NCBI GenBank assembly: GCA_012295275.1
Contig: CM022672.1
Location: forward strand, 24,056,001 to 24,120,000
Direction of reading: 5' to 3'
Source of the DNA: Chrysomallon squamiferum
Taxonomy: Eukaryota > Animalia > Mollusca
DNA: 64,000 nucleotides
A program made the translations under genes and the position numbers. The notes below the pieces were generated by a model. The model saw only the letters and a program-made list of their open reading frames with translations, was not told the origin of the DNA and searched no databases. Of the stretch, positions 54,982-64,000 are shown piece after piece (within the stretch, counting starts at the first letter, position 1; every line of letters begins with the position of its first letter).

Positions 54982-56907
54982 CGTCATTATTATTAATATA
55001 TTCATCATAATCATTGTTATCATCATCATCATCATTATTATTATCGTCATCATTATTTAATATATTCATCACAATCATTGTTATCATCATCATCATCATC
55101 ATCATCATCATTATTATTATTATTATTATTATTATTGTAAAGAACCTGAAGAAAAGCAGATATGGTTCACATAACTATATTACTATTTTCTAAGGGTTAT
55201 GTAAAAAAAGTAATTGCCATTCCCCTGGTCTTTAGTTATCCGAAATGATGTCTAGTTCTCTTTCACAATTACCTTCGTCTGACGGAAACACGTAATCATA
55301 GAAGCTAATTTTGCTATGAAGAACATTAGTCCACATTGTTCTGAAAACTGACACGGATACCTCTTGCATTCTACAAATCCCTTTATTGATATCATTTCTT
55401 CACTGATAATTCGATAGCATATGCGTATATATATATATATATTAAATGAATGTATAAATTAGTGTTATTATTACTTTTCCTCCACTAAGATTATTTTTTA
55501 TCATATCTAGCAAGTATTTAGAATAATTTTTCCACTTACTCCATATGCATTCATTACAATTAGCACAGCCTGTATTTTATTTTTCAAATATGTGTGTATA
55601 TGTGCGTTTGTTTGTGTGTGTGTGTGTGTGTGTGCGTGTAATCTACTTTTAATAAAGGATATATTTAGAAAATATGTTTTAATGTTTCAGACAGATGAAA
55701 AAAATTCTACTTCAAGTTTTTACAAAATTTACACTAATTTCTAATTATTTTATTATTTGCTTTACTACTGTCTAAATACTACCTGATTATAATTTTTTTG
55801 TTAGATATATATATATAATTATTTATTTTTTAAACTTTTGTTCTTCAGCTTTCGAGACCAGGTGTACACAAAATGGGAATTTTTATTTCTAGTGGAAGAT
55901 TTAAAGACACCAACGAAACTATCAAAGAGGCACGAAAATGCCAAGAGGATAATATCGAATTATTCGCTGTTGGTAAGTGCAACGATTTACTGATGAACGC
56001 ATTCTTCTGTTACTCATAATATTAGATTGTTCACAGTTCATTCAGAATGCAGTGAGTAGTTTGAAACTGTGATGTTTATAATAATTCTATTAATATATTT
56101 TGGGAAAATAAAATATAATTTGCTTTATTTAGTTTATTTATTATAAACTTTACACATTTTGTTAAATATTTAAAAAAAAGATCTAGGGCATCTAATACTA
56201 ATGAAAAGTCCGTATTTTATTTCATATTTTTTTCTTTCTTTAATTATTATTTTACTGTTGGCAACATTTAATTTTAATTTTTCGTTTCAAAGGTGTGGGA
56301 CAGGATGTAAAAACAGAAGATCTGGCCGCTGTTGCAGGAAGCGACAAAAGAGTCTACTCCATTTCGAGTTACAAGACTTTAACTTCACTCAAAGATATCG
56401 TAAGAAAGCGAGTTTGTCTCCGTAAGTTCACGCTGTTTTAAAACTAATGGGTCTGCTTAATTCACATCCACATTATTGTTTCGTAACAATGACATAAAAC
56501 TGTATAAACTAATAAACTGATAACTGGAGAATGTCGTTTGAAAATGAATTCTTTTTCAGTAAGTTAGCAAATTTTAATTTATATGTTATATTAGAATTGG
56601 TACTAAAATACTGTTTATTATTTTTATTGTTTCGCTGCTATGTTTAGCGAATATCTGTTCATACACAGACTTTAACAGGAAAGGCGTGTTATTGATGAAA
56701 TTTATTCACGTAATAAAGCGAGTTTGCATTGATGAAAAATAATTAATTAAATTATTGAAGAGATATCAGTTATAAACATGATTGGAAAGAATAATTTTTT
56801 TGTTCTGAGATGTCCATTTGTTATTTATTTTTTATCTAGGATAAAATAAGAATCACCTAAATGTCGTAATACTAATTATGATAATAATAGCAAGCATCAT
56901 CATCATC

Positions 56908-56957
<50 letters not shown>

Positions 56958-57429
56958 AAATAGCTTGGTGTGCTTTGTGCCAATTCATCCTTCCAAGAAT
57001 TCAGCAGCTAGGATTGTACAAGTCAGAGGTTCTGGAAATTCTCTGGACAATATTTGTACCTCCGGCTACAGGACTGACTAGAAATACTTCAAATCTTTGT
57101 TCACATGTGTTTGGTAAAGTCGAATATGTAATAGGAATAATTTAGAACCGCATTACCCACCCCCACCTTTGCTCTTCTTGTTAATGTCATCTGTCGCTTT
57201 TCCTCTTTGCACAGTTTATTCGCAGGCTATTTGTCTTTTTCACAGGCAGGCTGATTCAAAACTATTAGTGACAAAACCTACAACAGATTCTTTGTCGCGA
57301 ATAAGTGTTCTTGATTTCATTTCAGTTAATAGACCATTCGTTGACTTAATATTTAAGATTTGTGGCCATTTGTTGAAGAGAGAGATCCATCTTTCATGAG
57401 GCGTGATTGTTAAAGCATTGTGCAATAGA

Positions 57430-57491
<62 letters not shown>

Positions 57492-57981
57492 TACGTCATT
57501 TTATGACAATTAAACAATCGTGCTCCGACCTACAATTAGGTAAAAAAAACAAAAAAACCTGCAAAACCCGCGTCAAAAAAGAAAGAAAAAAGAAACAAAT
57601 AAAAATGACTGAACAGCAGTCGATTTAACTGAAGGTGGTGACTTCACACCCAGACGAAACTTGAGTTTATCGTCATCACTAAGTTAGTTTTACAGTTAAT
57701 TACCTCTAGCATTTTCCTTCCAGTTGGGGATGACCAGGGTGAAAATGATGACGTTGGTCCTACCCCAGTTCGCGACGCATGCCGACCACTCGCTCTTGAA
57801 GAGGCCATAGAAGTCGTGTGGACGTTGTATCCACCAAAAGCAAGTGGTATCCAAACTCGAAAATCTCGATGGATTCGACCAGTTGTTGGGGACACTGAGG
57901 CTTGGTCACTCCTCGGTATGTCCATCGTATTTGATCTTCGTTCCTTATAATTATGATCAAAATAGTGATGCGTGTGTGTAT

Positions 57982-58039
<58 letters not shown>

Positions 58040-58871
58040 CAGTATGTGGAAAGGCGGGAACGAAATTCTAATAAAATATTTTGTTGTTATTGTTGCACTG
58101 TCTTTTCTTCCCATTGCTTTGCTTAGTACTCAGTTCTATTTTGTATTAATTTCACTCTGTGATATTGTTTTTAACCAGTTTTCTAATATATTAATTCACC
58201 CAGCTAAATGATGTTCGTTATCCAGTTTCTTCTCCACTTGCACATATGAACTACTGAACTGGATAATTCCTACCTTTAATCATCTTGTACATGTTCTGAT
58301 GAAAATTATGTGAAAGATATTATTTTCGTAAAATAACAACAACAAAATAAAATAATTAATTAATTAATTAATTAACTAAACATTTTTTTTTTTTTTTTTA
58401 AATGCAATAAAAAAAACTACAACCCCCAAAAAAAAAAAAAAAAAAACGAGAACATTGTATTAAAAAAATATTTATAATTACTGGAATATGTCATAAATTA
58501 AATTCTCCCCTTTTTCTCTTTTTCTCCCTAAATCGATCTCTTTTTCACATACACATATTTTACTAACAGACACAAACACACAGACACACATACACCCAAA
58601 CATTCACACAAGATGTACATTGTACTAATACACAGTTTACGAATAAACACTGTATATCACAGTTACTTATTTATTTTTATATATAGACGAACGTGTACGC
58701 CACCAGACTGATTTCAAGGTGTGTATGAAGCTGGTGATACAGTCCAGGTTAGAGAGAGATGGTTACGTGTCCATTCCCAGTGATCTGAGGCAGGGCGTTG
58801 AGGAGGTCACCAACCTGGAGGAAGCCATGGCAAAAATAGACAGATACATTGCCGCTAGAAAGCTTGTTTAA
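45836..58871 (+). CDS. IQCM: IQ domain-containing protein M-like (IQ motif + EF-hand-like core) with an inserted vWA domain, 15 coding exons, ~766 aa
   Basis: Exons 45836-46147, 47493-47676, 48119-48218, 48401-48541, 49620-49706, 50195-50309, 52958-53105, 53397-53537, 53991-54212, 54604-54674, 55849-55972, 56293-56421, 56964-57113, 57724-57915, 58687-58871 sum to 2301 nt in frame. IQ motif AATVIQKIVRGWLVRHR; IQCM-like segments WQRFVKEYKELVTRIQARYG, FFRACGLHPTEGEI, WTLYPPKASGIQTRKSRWIRPVV (recalled similarity); vWA segments VIFVLDCS...VRVGFIPFS...TRTDLAL...IELFAVGVG. Confidence 0.75.
47493..47676 (+). CDS. IQCM-like exon (NRKGSIASR...KNTKV)
   Basis: AAG acceptor (less certain), G|GTAAGC donor, phase 0->1. 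Confidence 0.7.
48119..48218 (+). CDS. IQCM-like exon (IFYEKFLPKGKWLEYKK...)
   Basis: Poly-T AAG acceptor, GTCAGT donor, phase 1->2. Confidence 0.75.
48401..48541 (+). CDS. IQCM-like exon (RKMPPRKKTPPTGVSWLWENE...)
   Basis: TTTACAG acceptor, AG|GTAGAA donor, phase 2->2. Confidence 0.8.
48833..49500 (+). repeat. Compound minisatellite: ~33-bp core ATGGGAGTAAAGTAGTTGTGATGTTAGTGTGATT separated by variable (GA)n tracts, ~12 copies
   Basis: Direct inspection; degenerate copies at both ends (to ~49590). Confidence 0.9.
49620..49706 (+). CDS. IQCM-like exon (GSLETNRG...PHADLF)
   Basis: TAATAG acceptor, GTAAGT donor, phase 2->2. Confidence 0.75.
49984..50056 (+). repeat. (TC)n microsatellite
   Basis: Direct inspection. 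Confidence 0.95.
50195..50309 (+). CDS. IQ-motif exon (AATVIQKIVRGWLVRHRIKQLKRQ)
   Basis: Canonical IQxxxRGxxxR motif; TTCAG acceptor, GTACAT donor. Confidence 0.85.
52958..53105 (+). CDS. IQCM-like core exon (SLLALGQSWQRFVKEY...FLERKE)
   Basis: TTTGTAG acceptor, GTGAGA donor, phase 0->1. Confidence 0.85.
53397..53537 (+). CDS. EF-hand-like exon (LPEFFRACGLHPTEGEINAAFNNIFR)
   Basis: TTTTCAG acceptor, G|GTAATA donor; resembles the calmodulin-family linker xRxLGxNPTEAE. Confidence 0.85.
53991..54212 (+). CDS. vWA domain exon 1 (AEVIFVLDCSVLIGQVNF...)
   Basis: Typical vWA beta-A/alpha-1/beta-B pattern; phase 1->1. Confidence 0.88.
54604..54674 (+). CDS. vWA domain exon 2 (QIELKSGLTRTDLALKMMREMFQ)
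   Basis: TTTCAG acceptor, CAG|GTATGA donor; GxTxTxxAL motif. Confidence 0.85.
54933..55135 (+). repeat. (ATT)n/(ATC)n compound trinucleotide microsatellite (one of many ATT/AAT tracts in the window)
   Basis: Direct inspection. Confidence 0.9.
55849..55972 (+). CDS. vWA domain exon 3 (SRPGVHKMGIFISSG...IELFAV)
   Basis: CTTCAG acceptor, G|GTAAGT donor. Confidence 0.85.
56293..56421 (+). CDS. vWA domain exon 4 (GVGQDVKTEDLAAVAG...KRVCL)
   Basis: TTTCAAAG acceptor, GTAAGT donor; vWA C-terminal helix ending in Cys. Confidence 0.85.
56964..57113 (+). CDS. IQCM-like exon with first copy of the WT-x-x-x-P motif (GLYKSEVLEILWTIFVPPATGL)
   Basis: TAG acceptor, G|GTAAAG donor, phase 1->1, open frame. 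Confidence 0.7.
57724..57915 (+). CDS. IQCM-like exon with second motif copy (LALEEAIEVVWTLYPPKASGIQTRKSRWIRPVVG)
   Basis: TTCCTTCCAG acceptor, G|GTATGT donor, phase 1->1. Confidence 0.85.
58687..58871 (+). CDS. IQCM-like last exon (RHQTDFKVCMKLVIQSRLER...RKLV*)
   Basis: TATAG acceptor, TAA stop at 58869-58871, AATAAA at 58874-58879. Confidence 0.85.
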
Positions 58872-59632
58872 GCAATAAAAAAAATATATAAACTTAATAT
58901 ATTAAAAATGTACTTTGACAGAAATACTTAACATATGTTTGAATTCTGGCTATTATAATCACAAAGTCAATTTTTGTTAAAAGTAAAATGTGATAGTGAC
59001 TTCTTGAGATTCATTATTTTATTCAGAAGTTCGTTTTTGTGTGTATTTATTTATTTATTTATTTATAAATATACATATTAGTACTATTACATTTTCTAGA
59101 CATAGGAGTGTTTGATTTTTCTAATTACTGTAGATGAAAATTCTATTGTTCTCTAGTACCATCGTGCAGTCTGTTATAAAGAAATGTTACGTTTACACTG
59201 ACGGTAGCTAAATCTTTCAGCGTGGAAAACACTTTTTTTGCGTTTATAAATTAGTTGTCAGCTGCTGACAGAATGCAGAAATAATTAGTATGCTTAGTAG
59301 TATTTTTCTTTCTTTGTAGAGTTCTTTCTTTATTTATTCTTGTTTTAAATTGTTAATAATATCTGTCTTATTTGCAGTACCTCATCGTCATGCTAAATCT
59401 GTGATATCTATATTCTAGAGCGCTAGAAAATTATAACAATTGACATTTTGAACACAAAATTTCTATTACTAATGGACATGACTTTTTAAACCGTGTAAGC
59501 TATACGTTAATCTCAGATACAGTTTTTATCCGCATATTTTGAGAAAATTAAAATTTAAAAAGATGGTGGGAATCATGTGCCTTCTTTCTCTCTCTCTCTC
59601 TCTTTTTTTCCCCCCATTTTCGTTTTAGATTT

Positions 59633-59691
<59 letters not shown>

Positions 59692-60263
59692 TTCTAAATG
59701 TCCTTTCAATATTTTATGTAATTTTATAATCTATAATTATAGATATCTATATATATTCAATTGTCCATTGGGAAAAAAGAAAAGACATTAGACTGTTTTG
59801 AAGTTATTATGGATAAAGAATGAAAGTATACCCAACATTAGACAATGAAATATTTCTTTCTATTAATATATATTAAAAGTTATTATAATCTATAATTATA
59901 CTATATGTTGTCTTATTTATTTACAGAATTTTGTTGTACATTGATGTTTATGATTAATAAAGTTTTATAAAAATTCATATTATGTTATTAATGTTTTATT
60001 TCTGATTAATAATAATGTTAACGATTTAATAAAAAGATACACTACAATCAACCATCAGAATATTACGTAGTTCAGGTATGAACCATTAGCATAACATTTG
60101 CTGTGTTTTATTTTTGTTTATTTATTTATGATTATTATTACGTACGCGGGAGTATTAGAGGGAGTGAAGGTACATATACATACATATATACATAAACACA
60201 TACGTAAATAAGTTTTCGATTAAATACACAAAAGGACACATTGTGACGACCTTGTGAGTTTTT

Positions 60264-60310
<47 letters not shown>

Positions 60311-62121
60311 TACAAGAAAACTAATAAAATCATTTATATATATATATATATATATATATTTCTGATATGATAAAATTACATTTAATTCTTACTCTTTGTT
60401 TTAATGTTTTAAGATGAATATTCGAATGAGTTCCTAATGCATATTTATTGCGAGTGTACGTCCTTTCATGTCACCAATGAAAGCGTAATATACTTAACTG
60501 GTTCTCTTCCAGTCTATTTTGTAATCGGATGTTTTTGTGGATTTTAACTGGAGAAGGTAGTTTGAAAGTAATTTTATCACTTCTTTAAGATTTACTAACA
60601 TTTTAACTAATTTTTGCTATAGTGAGAACAAGATAGATTAGTCGCAAATAAAATAGAAAGTGATCTAACAAAATATTAAAAAATGTTCGTTGTTGTCAAA
60701 TGTAAGGGAGATAATTCGTACTTTATTGTTTACTGAAAATTAATAATACTTTATTTTAAATAATTAATAATAATAATAATTGTTAATACGTTTTTGGTGA
60801 TCGCGGTATTGGCTCCAAGGATAGGCTGTTAGGTATAAGACATGTACGTGTTTGAGTTTAATTTTGTGTGTAAGTCACTTGCCAAGCGACTTAATTCAAG
60901 AGCAGTTCTCCCAAATCCATGAACCTATAAATATAATGTATAAACTCTACCAAGAATACATAATAGTTATAATACATCAAATGATCTATTCCAAATAATT
61001 ACTTAGACTAATTATTATTTTTAAATTTGTTTTTCGATTGTATGATTATCATTAAAATCTTGTCAACGTTAGTAATAAAGTAGTAGTAGTAGTAGTAGTA
61101 GTTTATTATTTTGGTCATTAATACAAAAGTTCTGACACTAATGTAGATAGGTGACACTTTTAAAAAAATATTATTTTCCTGTAAGAATGAGCAGATATAA
61201 ATTACACCAAGATCTTGTTAATAAGAAAGGACTTATAAATTTATATCTGAAAAAAATTGGCTGATATTTTTCCTTCAAAGTCCAAAGAAAAAATGTGATT
61301 TATGTCAGTCATTGAACATTTCATATAGTTACAGGACCAATATATATATTGCTAATACTCATGAATTTTAATTAATTCATTGCACTAATTAGCACCTAAT
61401 AAATGTAATCTCCCCAAAAAGAAACATTCATCAAATGAGGTTATTAGTATGAGATTGTGTGATCACACTGCCCAGTCACCAAACATGCTTGTAAGTCTGA
61501 ATGCTAACTTGTTATGAACCATCTTCATAATAAACATCTTTATTAGACATCCATTATGTTTCATAAAAATCAAACTTTTCCAATTTGAGCAAAAACAGCA
61601 GTCATTATGACTACATCGTTTGCTGGGAAACACTTCACACCAAATTGAGTATCTGCTATCATAGAAATTCATAATCTGGATATGTTATGTTTCAAGTTTT
61701 AAAAAAAGCTTATCTTTGTCAGAATGATCATCACTTTATTAGGGTAAACTTGTCAATTGATTCTCAGTAGCTTATCCAAGGTCAAGTGTTTGTTTTATTT
61801 TACAGTATCTTTTAAATAAATACTGTTATTAGTTAGATTATTAAAATAAATCATGCATCACATAGGTATGTACATTGAAAATTATAGACAAATTAATCTT
61901 CAGAATTAGTTGATTATCAAGTATTCTAAGTTAATATAAATATATGCACAATTTTATATATCAATTTACATGTTAGATTAGAATATCTAATGCATTGTAA
62001 TTTATATATTTTTTTAAAATCAACAAATAAAAAAGAACACAAAAAAAACAGTGAAATGTTTATAAACATTTTAAAATTCCCTTCTATTTACATTACAGGT
62101 GTTGTATATAAATAAAACAAA

Positions 62122-63751
62122 ATGGACAAGCAGTATTCAGTGCAGTTTTTTTCTGCATTTGTGGAATCAATACAAAGACTCTGCCGTGAATACTTAGAGT
62201 TTGATCAAGTTGTTGAAATAGGTGGATACCTATCAGTGGAGATAGACAACTTCAGAAAAGAAAGATATGTTCTCAGTGAGATGTTACAATGTTCAGGAAA
62301 TCTAATTAGTGAAAGTTACTGCACAAAGGCCTTCAAGACACACAGATGCTGTACTACAAAAAATGCTTTGCAAGAAAGACATTCGAATGTGTCTGGTTGT
62401 GACTTTCATACAAATAAAGGCAAAGACCAAATTACAAATAAACATAAAAGATCTTATGAACCAAGTCGATTACAGACGTCAGAACTGGAAGAATATGGAA
62501 GGATGGATCTAGAAGATACAATATCGAGTGCAGACAGAAAATCTTGTATTGGTCCAAGCGAAGAGGACAATAATTTAAAAGATGAAACCAATTCAAATAA
62601 CTGTCGTAATCAAAAAACATTATATACAGAACAGCCATGGACTAGAGGTGCTAATTCCAACAACATTAATAATGGTCAGTTATCCTCAGAAATAAGGAGG
62701 ACAAAGCGTCTTTTATCGGTTTCTAATTCTAGCTCAGTGCCAAGTAAGAAAGGTAATTCTAAAAATGTTTATAATATTTCATTACTAATATATGTAAAAT
62801 GTACTAAATGTCCTCAGAATGTATTTCAAATATAATTTTTGGTGGATAATAAAGGAATTGTTGTTTTGTCAGATAGGTCTTTGTATATTTGTACAGAGTT
62901 GTATCTTAAGATGTTTTCACTAAGCACTATAAAGAAAAATTTAAAAAGAAAAAAATATAATGATAAGCAGATATTAATACAGAATTTTTTTATGGTTAGC
63001 ATTGGTTCTGAATTATCAAAGTGAAGAATTAAAATATAAGTATTTTTGTAATCATTATTGTTGGAATTAGATTAAATATTAGTAGTGCACCCTAATTTTC
63101 TGTAAAATGTATGGATTGTTGAATTTGTTCTCTAAAAGTTTTGTATGGGAACAGTGTATTATAGTTTATACTCATAAGTTTATCCAGAGGTAACTGCAAT
63201 ATTGTAAATTACAAAGCCAAAATTAACCCTAGTTGCCAGCTTGATGGAAGCAGATGTCACTTTAAAAGAAAGACTTGAGTTAATGTGTCATTTTCATTTC
63301 AAGTTTAAATATATTTTTCTAAACAGTTAAAAACTAAATATTTTTATTTATGTAATAATATTATTATTATTATTTTTTTATAGAGAAACAGCAGCATGAA
63401 GAATCACCAGTTTCCTCATCTCAGCAGAATAATTCTTTTATGAATTCCAATGAGTCCTTAAGAATTAACCAGTCAAATACAGATGTGTCAAGAAATCTGC
63501 TTTCCCAGGCAAGTCATACCACAGAGGAGAATATTCGACTTCCACTAAATACTGTAGTTAAAGATGAACCAGATAATTCTGATTGCATGGTGGTGGGCAG
63601 TAGCGAAGAAGATAGCAGTTTACTGGACTCCAGTGATGCTTCTTTTTCCTTAGACCATTTACAAAGCAATCAAGAAAGAGCTAATACCAGTGACAGTCAG
63701 CCAGTGTTGCATTCAGATGGAGAAACGTATCAAGCAACAGACAGATCAAAG
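62122..63751 (+). CDS. 5' part of an uncharacterised, probably nuclear protein; continues beyond the window
   Basis: Coding exons 62122-62752 and 63384-63751 join in phase 1. Acceptor at 62098, and a candidate non-coding first exon ends at AAG|GTAGTT (60556). A structured N-terminal ~75 aa (FFSAFVESIQRLCREYLEFDQVVEIGGYLSVEIDN...YVLSE) is followed by a disordered region with a VKDE SUMO-type motif. Confidence 0.8.
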
Positions 63752-64000
63752 GTAGGACACTGTTTTTAAAGTAGGGAAACTTTTACCTAACAGGAATGAA
63801 AGTCTTTTTTGTTTTGCTTCTTTTTGTTTGTTTTTTCCTAATTAATAATATTTTTGTAATTATTATTGTTTTGTTTGGATTTTTTTTTTTAAACTAATTT
63901 TCCTTTTTTCTGTTGCTATTTTTTTTCTTTTCGTTTCTTTTTTTCACACTGGACATTCAGTTTTATGTGTATATTTTATATTATCTATATTTACATCTAT

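Noticed and set aside
57724-57915. Initially considered a discoidin/F5-8 type C fragment after the vWA domain
   Set aside because: The in-frame translation matches the IQCM-type C-terminus instead.
57644-58114. 156-aa minus-strand ORF
   Set aside because: Antisense shadow of exon 57724-57915 extended through an (AT)n microsatellite.

Overview
AT-rich, microsatellite-dense eukaryotic (animal, probably molluscan) genomic DNA with spliced genes; no prokaryotic features. Four genes were reconstructed by hand from GT-AG sites and intron phases. (1) Minus strand, 17744->2889: a ~1175-aa C9orf43/DUF4647-like protein with 14 coding exons and a 1-nt frameshift in the last exon, probably an assembly error. 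(2) Plus strand, 19002-38564: endophilin-B (SH3GLB1-like, N-BAR + SH3), 9 core exons and 360 aa, head-to-head with gene 1, with several candidate in-frame microexons (18, 36 and 39 nt). (3) Plus strand, 45836-58871: an IQCM-like protein of ~766 aa in which a vWA domain with a degenerate MIDAS and a duplicated C-terminal motif sit as a phase-1/1 cassette inside the IQCM core. (4) Plus strand, from 62122: the 5' part of a probable nuclear protein, truncated by the window edge. Also present are a MITE with long terminal inverted repeats, a compound minisatellite, RFX/ETS/YY1-like promoter motifs and a visible CpG-depletion boundary. Family names come from recalled motif similarity, not database searches.
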